From assembly GCA_951406725.2 (NCBI GenBank), contig OX597826.1:37076001-37140000 (forward strand): 64,000 nucleotides of DNA. The letters run 5' to 3'. Numbering within the stretch: position 1 is the first letter of the stretch; every line of letters begins with the position of its first letter. The DNA is from Octopus vulgaris. Its lineage: Eukaryota. Positions 14,549 through 26,973 of this stretch are shown here, one piece after another. Under the pieces are notes generated by a model. It saw only the letters and a program-made list of their open reading frames with translations, was not told the origin of the DNA and searched no databases. The translations under genes and the position numbers were made by a program.

Positions 14549-15079
14549 TGAGAGTGTCATAGTTCGCTCGAAGCATCTTATTATCGAAGAAGGTAAAACA
14601 AAGAAAGAACAGAAAGTTTCTAATAACGCCGAAAGTTTAATAAAACGTTTAGATTTCAGGCGCAAAAACCCAGCTCCAGAACAAATACAAACTGGGAAAT
14701 GTCCAGTTTCATATACTTCGTTAACACATTCATCCCCTAGTTTTATGGAGCAGCAGCAGCAGCAGTCACTCTCCAAACGTAGGTGTAATCGACGTTCCAA
14801 ACATTGGTGTAAACAAACACTCAACTGCTGCTGTGGGCTACTCACATCTGTAGGATGGTGTGACGGCGTTACACCAAGCTGCCAGCATCCGATCGCGACT
14901 ATAAACAAAAATCCGAATATTATTGTAGGCCATTATCTGTGGTGTGACTTATAGTAGTAGTAGTAATAGTAGTAGTAGTAGCAGCAGCGGCCACTCCCCA
15001 AGTGTTTCCGGCTGTCCGAGCGCTGGAGTAAACAACCCCCATCCGCTGTATTAGTAAGCTATTCACCATTTGTTGGGTG

Positions 15080-15304
15080 TTATTGTAGGAGCCACCGTCT
15101 CAACTCCGATCGACTGTTAATATTCGGGTTGAGGCAGTGGATCAGTAGAGCCTCTTTTATACGTAAACTGCTGGTGTTGCTCTCTAAGGCTAGTATAGAG
15201 GTGTCTATCTCCTTGGTAGTATGGCAACATCTGGTCAGGTGTGTGTGGAAGGAGGGTATATTGGTAGTGAGATACTATTTAGTTCGGACGTGGAGTAGTC
15301 GTGT
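15080..15304 (-). pseudogene. GIY-YIG endonuclease C-terminal fragment (Penelope-type)
   Basis: Manual translation TRLLHVRTK*YLTTNIPSFHTHLTRCCHTTKEIDTSILALESNTSSLRIKEALLIHCLNPNINSRSELRRWLLQ* matches the Penelope GIY-YIG pattern T-R-L..R.KEH...HL..H...IL..E...IKEAL.I...P.IN; one in-frame stop. Confidence 0.75.
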
Positions 15305-15613
15305 TATGACAACACCCAACAGATAGATGGTGCATGGCCTAATACAACAGCTGGATGTTTGTTTACACCAACATTCAGAAATCCGACAACACTTGGAGAG
15401 TAACTGCTAAAACTACTACTATTAAGATAATCTCGTCCCACCATCCTACAGCTGGGGAGTAGCCTACAACAACGGTTAGAAGTTTGTTTACACCAACACT
15501 TGGAGCGTCGATTTCATCAATGTTTGAAGAGTGACTACTGCCGCTGCATAACGCTAGGGGATTTGAATAGGTTAACGGAACCTGCATAACTGGACATTTC
15601 CCAGACGGTTTTT

Positions 15614-15649
15614 CTTCTGAAGACGGGCTTTTGCACCTGAAATATAAAG
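15614..15649 (+). ncRNA. Minimal type I hammerhead-like motif (weak)
   Basis: CTT-CTGAAGA-cGGGCttttGCaCCt-GAAA-TATA-AAG: core boxes intact, stem I only 3 bp, palindromic AUAU stem III; lies in the Penelope repeat arm. Confidence 0.4.
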
Positions 15650-15704
15650 TTTCCTAAAAGTTTCGGTATCGACAGAAGACTTTTTCTTTCGATTTTCCTT
15701 TCTC

Positions 15705-15889
<185 letters not shown>

Positions 15890-16066
15890 CATCACATAAA
15901 TAATGCGTTGTTTTTCAATTGCATGAATTAAAGTCGATGGGGGACGGGATAAAGTACCTGCATCAATTTGAAATATATGCAGGTAGTACTTGTACCTTTT
16001 ACTTATTCTTAGTGCAGCTTTTGGAGAGTGCAGTTAGATTTTAACAGTTATCTTTTTAAAGCTACA

Positions 16067-17226
16067 ATAGAAGTGACAAAGGACCATATTTAACATATTA
16101 TGCTTTTCTGAGTTCAATGAAGGCAACAACGTAACGGAAAGTACTAGGAATATTAATGCAATATATGGGGATTGGACAATAAGCGTAAACCAGTGTCAAC
16201 GGTGATTCCAGAAATTCCGAGCCGAAAACTACAGCCTAGAAGACGAGCCTCGTCCTGGAAGATCTGCAGAGCTCGGTGTGAACGTCCTGCAAACCATCGT
16301 AACTGCTGAGGAACTAACAGAGAGGCTTGAATTTGGTCATTCAATCATTCATCGACACCTGTGTGGAATCGGAATAGTCAGCAAACTGGGTCATTGTGTT
16401 GCTTACAAACTTTCCGGGATTAATCCCGTGCAGAGAGTGAATGTGTGCTCTTCTTTGCTGTCACGCCTCATGAATGAACTTTTTGGGGGCCGAATAATGA
16501 CTGGTGACGAGAAATGCGTTCTCTATATGCATGTCAAGCACCATAGATAGTGGGTAGGGAAAGGAGAAACACCGGCATACCCCAGGCTTAAGAAAGTCTT
16601 CGCCCACGTGAGGTCTTGTTATCTGTTTGTAAGGATATGAAAGGTTTAGTCTACTTTGAACTTTTAAAGTCAAACTAAACGATAACAAAGGAGATCTACT
16701 GCGAGCAGCTTGAGCAGCTTATGTCAGCGCTAGAAGAAAAACAACCATATTTGGTTTCCAGACGAAAGGTGTTCTTCCATCAGGATAATGTTTGGCCACA
16801 TACAGCAAGGATGATATTCGAAAGGCTGGAGCAGTATGAATGGGAAAGGATACCCAACACACCGTGTTCGCCAGACATTGCCCCATCTGATTATAATTTA
16901 TTCTGCAGTCTTCAAAATCCTTTCCACTAAAGGCACAAGGACTGAAATTGTGGGCGAGGGGGCTAATCGATTAGATCTATCCCAGTGCGTAACTGGTACT
17001 TGATTTATCGACTCCGAAAGGATGAAAGGCAAAGTCGACATTGGCGGAATATGCAGTCTTCAAAATCATTGGACGGAAAAATATGAATTCTGTAGACGAG
17101 GTATAAACAGTAATGGAGGCGGGGTTTTCGTCACGGACAAAGGAATTTGGGAAGAAGGGCCTTGGAAGTCTACCAGATTGATGGAAGAGCACTGTAGAAC
17201 ATGAAGGAGAGTATATTTTGGATTAA
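16067..17226 (+). pseudogene. Mariner transposase pseudogene
   Basis: Fragments IMTGDEKCV (TGDEKW), FFHQDNVWPH (HDNARPH), PCSPDIAPSDY (YSPDLAPSDY), ending EGEYILD*; 34 residues between the 2nd and 3rd catalytic Asp; presumed start codon reads ATA; several stops, frameshifts and a SINE insertion. Confidence 0.9.
16920..17051 (-). mobile_element. 5'-truncated SINE family B inside the mariner transposase
   Basis: Family B 3' half flanked by a perfect 16-bp TSD TGCAGTCTTCAAAATC (16904-16919 and 17052-17067). Confidence 0.92.
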
Positions 17227-17280
17227 AAAAGAACTTTGTTTATCTTAATTTTGAAAAATAAAAGATGTATTAAATACAAC

Positions 17281-17483
17281 GCAGGAGTGGCTGTGTGGTA
17301 AGTAGCTTGCTAACCAACCACATGGTTCCGGGTTCAGTCCCACTGCGTGGCATCTTGGGCAAGTGTCTTCACTGGGCTTACAAAGAATAAGTTCCGGGGT
17401 CGATTTGCTCGACTAAAGGCGGTGCTCCAGCATGGCCGCAGTCAAATGACTGAAACAAGTAAAAGAGTAAAAAAGAGTAAAGA

Positions 17484-17485
<2 letters not shown>
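17281..17485 (+). mobile_element. SINE family A with internal deletion
   Basis: Head joined directly to the 3' part (GTGTCTTC|ACTGGGCTTAC); tail intact with repeated AAAGAGTA. Confidence 0.9.
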
Positions 17486-17524
<39 letters not shown>

Positions 17525-17869
17525 GAAGCGAGAAAAAGATCGCACCAGCAAGGGAATGTCAGACACGTTCTCACCTCCTTGATCCTAGCCAGTCATAAGT
17601 ACTTGTCGACACATCGCTAAACGATGACAAGAGTATACGTTGCTCCGATACATAATGTTTCAAACTCAACATGTCTATAACGACTTCCTCTTAGACAACA
17701 TTTCACACCATTTTACCTCTCAATGATGTATATACATTAGGAATTATATGCACAGATGTCTATTTAAACTTGATAGTGTTTCAAATATTTATGCCAAATA
17801 TAAGAGAGAAAATAATTTTAATCATTGAACAACATAAAACTCTCATATTCATGTCTTTACTCCTTGATA

Positions 17870-17964
17870 CAGGCATCCAGCAACAGGACCTCCGTAATGA
17901 TATGAAGGACCGTGCAGTCTGGCGTAACATAGTAAATTCCAAGGTCGAACAATGATAATGATTA
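17870..17964 (+). mobile_element. Extreme 3' end of a LINE (RTE-like), 5'-truncated
   Basis: Encodes DTGIQQQDLRNDMKDRAVWRNIV (D-R..W C-terminal motif), ends in a TGA-type short repeat, and is flanked by a 13-bp TSD TTACTCCTTGATA (17857-17869, 17965-17977). Confidence 0.8.
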
Positions 17965-20900
17965 TTACTCCTTGATATTGAAATTATTAAAACGCTCTTC
18001 TATCGTCAAAACCTGACCGTTAAGAAGTGTTGTTAATTGTTTCCAAAATCGCAATCCTTACAGGAATGTTGCACATCTAATTTCAGCATTGAATTTCAAA
18101 AAGCGCTTAATATTAATTTTCTTAATTCCTATGTGCTGAGTTTAATTGCTCTGGTGTATGTGTTTTTTTTTAAAAAGACCAAAGTCATACATATCACATG
18201 GAGCAAAGTTCAAACCATTTTCGAAGACAATACAGCACAATGATATTTTATATCAATGGTTTTAACCTAGAGTGGGTCATCTGACTCTTGGAGATCCATA
18301 AAAGATTGTATTGCCAAAGTTTATGTGCAATAAATTATTTTTGCTTCAAAATATACAAAAATATTTTAAGAATTTTTCATACCTTCTCTAATGATATTTA
18401 ATATATTATAAAAACAGAAAGGGATTTTGGCAAAAATTGCATGGCTAAAGAGGTTCTGCAGAATAAAAGAGGAATCAAAATGGTTTGATCTATGCCAATA
18501 CACAAAGAAGCATTTTACTTAAGTTAACAATCTCATTATGAACTAAATATATATTCCAACACGTCTAAAACAGTTAATAGATGATTTATGTTAAATTAGA
18601 GTAATTTAAATTAACCAATTGCTACCTGTATGCAACAATATATCAGCGCCGTAAATCACTATTTTTATGTCTTAATGAGTAAATAATTTGGAAAGTGATT
18701 CAAATCAAAGTTTTTTCACGGAAATTCGCTTTGATTTACGATCTTCTAGAGTTTTCTATAGTGATGTATTCGCAACAACGCAATCGACAAATTTAATAGT
18801 ACAGAAGAATGAACTGTTACTTGCTATTTGTGAGATGTAACTAAACGTGATAGCTTCTCAGAAGAGTCTGCAACTGAATATTGTCTGAATTGACGATGCA
18901 ATTAGAAAAGTTCTATGTGGTTATTTCAATTGCTAGAAATTGTAAGTCATCGCTCTCAAATCACAGTCAAAAATATTTTAATAATGAATGATATGTATTG
19001 CAACAAAGTTTTAGATACACTATGTGAAAATGGTTGGCTGAATGGCGAGAGCCCGGATGTCTTTTATCATATTTGCTTAAACGGGACTGATCTGGTTGTA
19101 CACAACAAGAGCAAGAACAATGACAGCAAATCTTTCTCTGAGATAAAAGCAGGTGTTTCAAAATCATTTTTCAAATTTCAATTTATTTTCTAATACAGAA
19201 CGTATTTTGTCTTTTTTTACATCACCATAAAGCTTAGTGCTTAAACAGACACCAAACATGTTTGTGATATATTTAGGCGCCACATTTGATAGATTAGCAA
19301 GATAAATTAACATGAGGATTGAACGCATGACATTGATTTATTTGACCAACATCTTACAATTTACAACATCCAAGACGTCAAAATACTAACCAGAATACTG
19401 ATGATCATGGTTTCTAGTACACGTTTTTAATTAGCAAGCGTACATTCATCAATATATAGATGATGACAACATGAAAGTAAACAGCATATATTTTACTTAA
19501 TCACAGACAGTATCACATCAGAACACGTATTAACTTTACATTTTTTTTATTTTCTAAATACCGATTCTGTTTAGAAATACAAATGTTTTACAGCATTTAG
19601 AATATCCGATTATATTTCCTGAACACGCAAAATAAGGTTACATATTTAGATACTGATTCATAACGCTGACAATACTTCAAAAATAGTAAGATTCTAAATG
19701 AGGTTCAATAGTAACATCTGAGACGAAATTCATTTCTATCTACACCAAAATAAGCGTTTAACTTCTATAAAAATGCTTGCCAGCTGAAGGTCGTTCTTTT
19801 CACTGAAATTTGTGTTAATCCCTCCACGCCATTACTTTTCGGAAATAGTGTATCGAGAACAAAATGTGCTTGGTTGGGTGTGATTTGTAAGAGTTTTGAA
19901 GACAAAGAACTATTTACTCGTAGACTACGCAAAGTGTTAAATGTTCACATGGAGGTGAGACCTGAGTCTCCCAGCTGTACCTAGTCTACAATTTTGATAG
20001 GTTGAGACGAGTGTGGGTTTGTCTGTTTCCTCTAGCTGCTCGTTTAAGTGTTGAGTTGAAAGGGGAAATATAAAATGAAAAGGATTAAAAAGACATATTC
20101 AGTACAAAAACATGAGAACATTTTCTGAATATACTGTAGGGTACGCGTAGCGATAATGTTTACATTATTTACAGAATTCAGCTGTCAAGCTTAAAATATA
20201 AATAATTGTAACTCATAATTTCAAAATCTAATGACATTAATTGATTTGGGAAAATAGTCAGGATGAAACAAATTTATCATTAAGGACACCTTCGTCATAG
20301 CCATTCCGTTTTTTTTTTTATTATTATACAATCTGTTGTGTTTGCTGTAGCTAGCAGACCGAGCATCCACGTATATTTTCCTTCGGTATTTTGCGTTTCT
20401 CCAGAAAATGTTTAACGCATTCATCATGGAAACAGGAAGACTTCCAATCAGATATCATCAGTCACTTGGCGGTTTTTCATTCAAGATCGCAGTACATATT
20501 ACATGCAATTAAACATAGAATTCTGCTTCTTAAGTATATTAATTTGCATATTTTCTAGCATGTATTCAGTACTCAAGCAAGAACCTGTATCATCACAACC
20601 TTACATCCAGCTATACGCAAAAGAAATTTTTTCTTTGATTTCGGATTAATATTTCTAAATAAAAGCAGATAAAATATACTATTATATATTTCTCGTACGT
20701 TTTCTGATAACACTGCTATATTCTTACAAGTTGTAGGTTTTTTTTCAACTAAGTCGTTTCTTTCTATTCTTCTTCTTCACTTTTGTCTTCTCTCATATTT
20801 CCCCGCTTTCATTTTTCCTCATATTAAATTCTCCCATATTAAATTTTTTTCAAAAGATATCAATAGAAAAAAAAAGAATAGTTTATATAAAAATAAGAAT

Positions 20901-21092
20901 TATAAATCTGGTATTTGTAAGCGAATGAAATTCTAAAAACTGTCAAAAAGAAAGATTTACTTATAAGAATTTATATAATAAAATAAAAAGTTTCAAAGTC
21001 CTTTCAGATATCGTGCTTATTAAGCTTATATATTACTAATTATTTTTTTTTCTTTAAGTGAATACATATAACGTTGGGAGGAACTTATATGA

Positions 21093-21097
<5 letters not shown>

Positions 21098-21144
<47 letters not shown>

Positions 21145-21687
21145 TTATGTGTGTATGTATATGTATATATACATATATGTATATATATATATGTATGTAT
21201 ATATATATATATTGGCAAACATTTTTATCAACACAAATTTATTCCCTATATTTACACACTTACACATACCTCTGTATGTGAGTATACGTTTATATTTCTA
21301 TTTATACTTATCTGTACATATGTCAGAGAAACACTATGTCATATTTTGATTCGCAAATATGAGATCTGCATTTCACTCTCACTCTGTGGCTTCTGGAGTG
21401 AAGAGCATTTTCTCTAGCTTCAGGTCAGCGCATAGCTTGTGAATAAAACTGGAAAGCCGAAAACTATATGAAGGACCGTCTGTTGGATTGGACCTTTAAA
21501 TTCAAACAACCCCATACAATTTTTAATGCTAATTCCACATTAAGAGAACACACGAGTCCGTGAAATAGTCAGCGATTTACACTTTAATTGAAGATGAGTT
21601 ACTTCTGTTGATCGACTGCTGACAGAAATCTCGTCAAGACAATACCCAATACCACATGTGCACCAATTGATATATATATATATATAT
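21098..21687 (+). repeat. Copy 1 of a ~590-bp direct duplication
   Basis: 21211-21670 equals 22721-23180 (offset 1510) apart from 3 substitutions; both ends fall in (TA)n. Confidence 0.95.
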
Positions 21688-22617
21688 CCACCTATCCTTT
21701 CTCCCCCCGACCCCTACTTCTTCAGTCCTTCATCCTTTCACCCCTACTCCCCTTCCCTTCTTCCCTCTTTCTCCCTCCCTCTTCCCCTTCCCTCTGCTCC
21801 CTCACTCCCTCTCTCCCCTTCTCTCTCCCCTCTCCCTCTTTCCTCCTTCATCCCCCTCATCCCCTTCCTTCTCCCCATCCTCTCCTCTCCCCCCTTCTCC
21901 CCCCCTCTTCTCCCCCTCCCCCTCTTCTCCTCACTACACCACATGACTTTACACATCACATCACATATGATGTGCCATACTAATACACACACCAACTAAT
22001 ACATACTAATACGTACTAATACATACTAGTACATACTAATACTTACACCAACCCTATACATACACACGTCCAGACCCCGCATACGCACTTATACTCTCTC
22101 ACACACACACACACCTATACATACCAATACGTACTAATACATACTAATACATACTAATACATACACCAACCCCATACATACGCACGTCCAGACCAATCTT
22201 ACGCACTAATACTCTCTCATCACACACACACACACACACACACACCCTTATACATACTAATACATACACCAACCCTATACATACATACATCCAGACCCCT
22301 CCCACGCACTTTTAGCTGGTCCCTCAACCCATTTATCAACCCTATTATCTCCCCTTATTTCGCTCTCGCGTCTCATGTTTGATCTTTGACCTCTGGCCGA
22401 AATCAGATCGCCATGTTGATTCGTTAGCTACTGCACGCATTTTTTTCTCTCCTTCTTTCTGTGTTTTTCTCTCTCTGTGTATCTTTCTGTTGAAGAGCGT
22501 AGGCTCGAAACGTTAAAGACTTGTTTTATTTATATTTCCTGAGCGCCATACTAATACAATTGTTCGTTTGTTTTCCACCTGCCTTCGTCTTTTGTTTATT
22601 TTCATAAAGCTTCCCGT
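21688..22617 (+). mobile_element. Non-coding Penelope-like terminal fragment with CT-rich tract, internal tandem units and a hammerhead motif
   Basis: Sits between the duplicated copies, begins and ends in (TA)n, has three roughly 60-120 bp units containing CCAACCCTATACATAC...TCCAGACC, and carries a hammerhead-like motif about 100 bp from its 3' end. Penelope assignment is inferred from the motif. Confidence 0.6.
22482..22519 (+). ncRNA. Minimal type I hammerhead-like motif
   Basis: TCTTT-CTGTTGA-a-GAGCgtagGCTC-GAAAC-GTT-AAAGA: 5-bp stem I, 4-bp stem II, palindromic ACGU stem III; core has U in place of the conserved A (CUGUUGA). Confidence 0.55.
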
Positions 22618-22650
<33 letters not shown>

Positions 22651-23177
22651 TTATGTGTGTATGTATATGTATATATACATATATGTATATATATATATGT
22701 ATGTATATATATATATATATATTGGCAAACATTTTTATCAACACAAATTTATTCCCTATATTTACACACTTACACATACCTCTGTATGTGAGTATACGTT
22801 TATATTTCTATTTATACTTATCTGTACATATGTCAGAGAAACACTATGTCATATTTCGATTCGCAAATATGAGATCTGCATTTCACTCTCACTCTGTGGC
22901 TTCTGGAGTGAAGAGCATTTTCTCTAGCTTCAGGTCAGCGCATAGCTTGTGAATAAAACTGGAAAACCGAAAACTATATGAAGGACCGTCTGTTGGATTG
23001 GACCTTTAAATTCAAACAACCCCATACAATTTTTAATGCTAATTCCACATTAAGAGAACACACGAGTCCGTGAAATAGTCAGCGATTTACACTTTAATTA
23101 AAGATGAGTTACTTCTGTTGATCGACTGCTGACAGAAATCTCGTCAAGACAATACCCAATACCACATGTGCACCAAT

Positions 23178-23258
<81 letters not shown>
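22618..23258 (+). repeat. Copy 2 of the direct duplication, ending in a long (TA)n
   Basis: See copy 1 at 21098-21687. Confidence 0.95.
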
Positions 23259-23261
<3 letters not shown>

Positions 23262-24539
23262 GGTGGGGAAGCAAAATTTACAATATTTTGAAGCAGGGAT
23301 TGAAAGACAGTGTATGACAAATTTGTTTATTGAAAGTCATGAGAATTTATTTGCCACAAGACAAGTTACATAATAGAAAATATTTTTATTCTATATGTCC
23401 TCCTTCTTTCTCAATAACTGCCTTCCTGAAACTTGCACAGGCATTCCTCAAATATTCGGGAGACAACTTCTTCCATTCTTCTTTAATAGTATATTTAAGA
23501 GAGTCGACATTGCTGTGTGATGTTCTATTGGTAGCATGTTCTAAAACGCCCCAAATAGCATAATCCAGAGGGTTTAGATCTGGGCTAGAAGACGGCCATA
23601 AACATGATTCCAAAAAAATTGCTAAAGTTGGATTTGCAGAAATCTTGTATTTTTCTAGCTGTGTGGGCTGGAGCACCATCCTGTGTCCATACATAATTAC
23701 CATCTGGGTAGTTTGCTTTAAGCCATGGCAATACCTCGTATCTCAGAGTCTTGTAGTAAGTATTAACATTGATCTTTTCATCAGCTTTGTGGAATTTTAT
23801 AGGCATTTTCTTTCCATCGGAAGCCACAACACCAAAAGCCATAACTTGAGCAGGATGTTTTGTTTTGAATGTCCCCTTAACCTCAGCTGTTGATTTTGCG
23901 ATAAATCTGTCATTTCTGCATTTCAGAACAGCATCGACAGTGAAGATCTTTTCATCTGAAAAGATCGTTACAATGGAGGACTTTTTCTTGAACCATGTAA
24001 TAATTTTCTTGCACCTCTCCAATCTGTTTTCCTTCATAGCTGTTGTCAACAAGGGTTTTGGTGTTCTTGTGTAAGATTTTAACCTCAAATCATATTTACA
24101 GCATTTCTAATGGTCGTGTTGTCTACCTCAAGTTCAATTGCCATTTTTCACATGGATTTGGTTGGATCCCTTAGGATTTTGGATTTGAGAGCTTTAATAA
24201 AAGCTTTGGTACGATTTTTGTTGATTCCTCCACTTCCAGATATCTCCGTAATAGTTTTGCCCATAGCCATTCTATTCTTTATATTATAAACAGTCTTTAT
24301 GGACACTCCAACTGTTCTTGAAATCTCCTTTGGTGTGAGGAGTGCATTCAGCAAATCACACATTCTTTGACGTTTGCTTTCCTGATTACTCATATGGGCA
24401 AAAGTTTCTGAAAAGGTGAGTATAATAGTGTTAGGTATGTGTATGACATCAATATATGCTAGATTTCAAAATAATTGACTTAGTGCCTCCTGAGAAAAAA
24501 CAACTTAACGTTCATTGTAAATTTTGCTTCCCCACCCTG
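23259..24539 (-). mobile_element. Tc1/mariner superfamily transposon, DD37D (maT-type), full length
   Basis: Perfect 26-bp TIRs CAGGGTGGGGAAGCAAAATTTACAAT (23259-23284) and its reverse complement (24514-24539), TA on both sides, 1281 bp long. Confidence 0.96.
23386..24393 (-). pseudogene. DD37D transposase, split across three ORFs
   Basis: HTH-like N-terminus MSNQESKRQ..., FSDEK, WTQDGAPAH, WPSSSPDLNPLDY, ending GGHIE*; 37 residues between the 2nd and 3rd Asp after repairing one frameshift. Lesions: TGA at 24148-24150, -1 near 24096, +1 in the A7 run at 23612-23618. Confidence 0.93.
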
Positions 24540-25890
24540 TATATATATATATACATAATTGTAAATGTATATATAATCGTATATGTCATATATATTCATA
24601 GTTCTTAAATTAACACAAATAACTAATACCTTACCGGTTATGCATATATAAACTGACGGAGGGATAAGCAAGCAGGGAAAGATACAGATATACATAGTGA
24701 TATAAATGTATAGAACCTCTACACCACATGTAAAATTCTAACATGAAATAAAGCTCCTGATAGCAAGTATATTTTCGTAAGAACTTAAATTTTAAAATTC
24801 TGCGTTCAAAAGTACTAACATTTCATTTGACATAGCACAACATTTGTTCATAAACCCATTACTAATGGTAAGGATTGTGTAAAAAGTGAATTCCTCCTGA
24901 ACGCTTATTTTATTTTAGTCGTGTTTTTAGTATCGATATTTACATTTTTCTTTCTTAAATGAATCTAAATGAAATACATTAAGAGAATCGATTACCATCA
25001 GAATGTATTGCAGACGGAAAGTTCTGAGAGGTTTACTTGAATGTAGATTCTAGAATCTATCAAATATATGACACTAAATGACGAAAAATCAATATCAAAA
25101 GAGTCCCACTTCAGAACATATCCTCAATTAAAAAAAAAACGAAAAAACAATACAACATTTGGGAAATAATCAATACCGCTCTTAACAGCGTCATAGCGTA
25201 TTGTATATTAATATGTCACAACAGGTGTAGCACTATATCATGATACCATAATATAAACTTGACCTCGGTACGCAGCTAAATTCACTAATGAACAATACAA
25301 CCATTTTAAATATGTGAATATGATTCAAATTGATCTGTTTAAAAATATCCTATTAAAGTTACTTGGGATATATAAGTAAATAAAATTTTGCAATATTATA
25401 GGCATTTTTACATTAGTTGTAATATATTACATATGCCATAAGGGAATCTTTTATTTCTAGTATTTCCCTGTTAATAAAAATAGCAATTGAGATAAATGTT
25501 TTAGCGGAATATTCCTTATGTATATATTTAACATCTCCCTAATTTTCCCCTTCGGCCTTGAGCTGTTTAATTTGCACTTTTTTTTTGGTATTAATTGAAA
25601 TTAAAATGTCAAAGTTTCACAGAAACAAAGGAGAGAGATTCATTCTTGTTGTTGCTTTCAAAATTATATCACAAATATTTTCAATTAATATAATTTCATT
25701 TAATAAACATCCGGGCTGCTCAAACTAATGATTAAAATCATTTGTCTCTTTCTGACATATTGTATGGTTTCTTGCCCTATTTGCTATTAAAGGTTAAGCC
25801 TCTAGCAAAGATTTCCCTAGATAGAAATATATGAATACGCAATATATATATCCATATTGTACTTATATATGTATATGTATGTGTGTACGT

Positions 25891-25922
<32 letters not shown>

Positions 25923-26127
25923 GCATATATATATATATATATATATACATATGTGTGTGTGTGTGTGTGTATGTTTGTACTGTTTATATATATATACACA
26001 TATATAACTATGTATGCCAGTGTTATATGTACTGATAATTTGTGAGTGATTGTCAAGAAATAATGCAATTATAAGTTATTTTCCAATGACAAAATTGTGT
26101 TCAGAAAAGGGTTCTGTTGCAAGTCAA

Positions 26128-26317
26128 TATCACCTGTATCGCTTGAATTGACCAGAGTGTCTGGTGTCGAGTCGGCTCCGCGGGCCACATCATTTGCTCC
26201 ATTTCCTCTTTGCTCCTCTTCCCACATGATTGGAGGTTTTGCAAGTGGTCTCTTCCGTTCGTGCGGGGATCTTTCAACAACTTTACGGGTCCACCGATTG
26301 TCTGTGAATATTACGAC
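26128..26317 (-). mobile_element. RTE-clade LINE 3' fragment
   Basis: Minus-strand translation FTDNRWTRKVVERSPHERKRPLAKPPIMW resembles the RTE C-terminal D.RWT..V.EW.P...KR..GRP..RW motif; ends in a short-repeat tail (GCGATACAGGTGATA). Confidence 0.7.
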
Positions 26318-26896
26318 CTTAAGAAAAGAAGGCTGGTTATATGAAATACAAATATTTGTTTTCTAAATAATAAAACATCGCTGTGTGATTAAATACATCG
26401 TATTCCATCGGCCGAATCTTGGTAACAATGGACCTGCCAGTTCTGGTTCACACACCACCCGCTTTTTCTCATACTTGTTCTCCTATTTCTGTCTTTCCTT
26501 TCTTTTCCTTCTTCTTCCAATTCTTCTCTTTTGCCTTCTTCATTTCATTATCCTCTCCTCCTTCCCTTTCTCCCTCCTATTTTTATACGTGCCCACCCTC
26601 TTGATCCCCTCTGCCACATAATTTCTTCCCCATAGAGCCTTCCCGCATATACACTTTTAATTTTTACCTTTTATTTCCTGCCGATACTTTCATAAGAACT
26701 AAGTCTGAAAGACGCACAATATAATAGCATGACTTTGATGCATGCATGAGAAAGTGCCTCTCCAATGCCTAAAACCGCATATATTACGTGATATTTCTTT
26801 TAGACTTTTTCCGCGTAAACTGGTGTTTCAAATAGACAGGGTACGGAAACGTGTAACTTATAATTAAAATTCTCTTCGTCATCTTCTTTTTTCATT

Positions 26897-26964
<68 letters not shown>

Positions 26965-26973
26965 CATATATAT

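Noticed and set aside
21990-22310. Repeat-spacer-like periodicity resembling a CRISPR array
   Set aside because: Units are degenerate tandem copies without unique spacers, the context is eukaryotic, and no cas genes are present.
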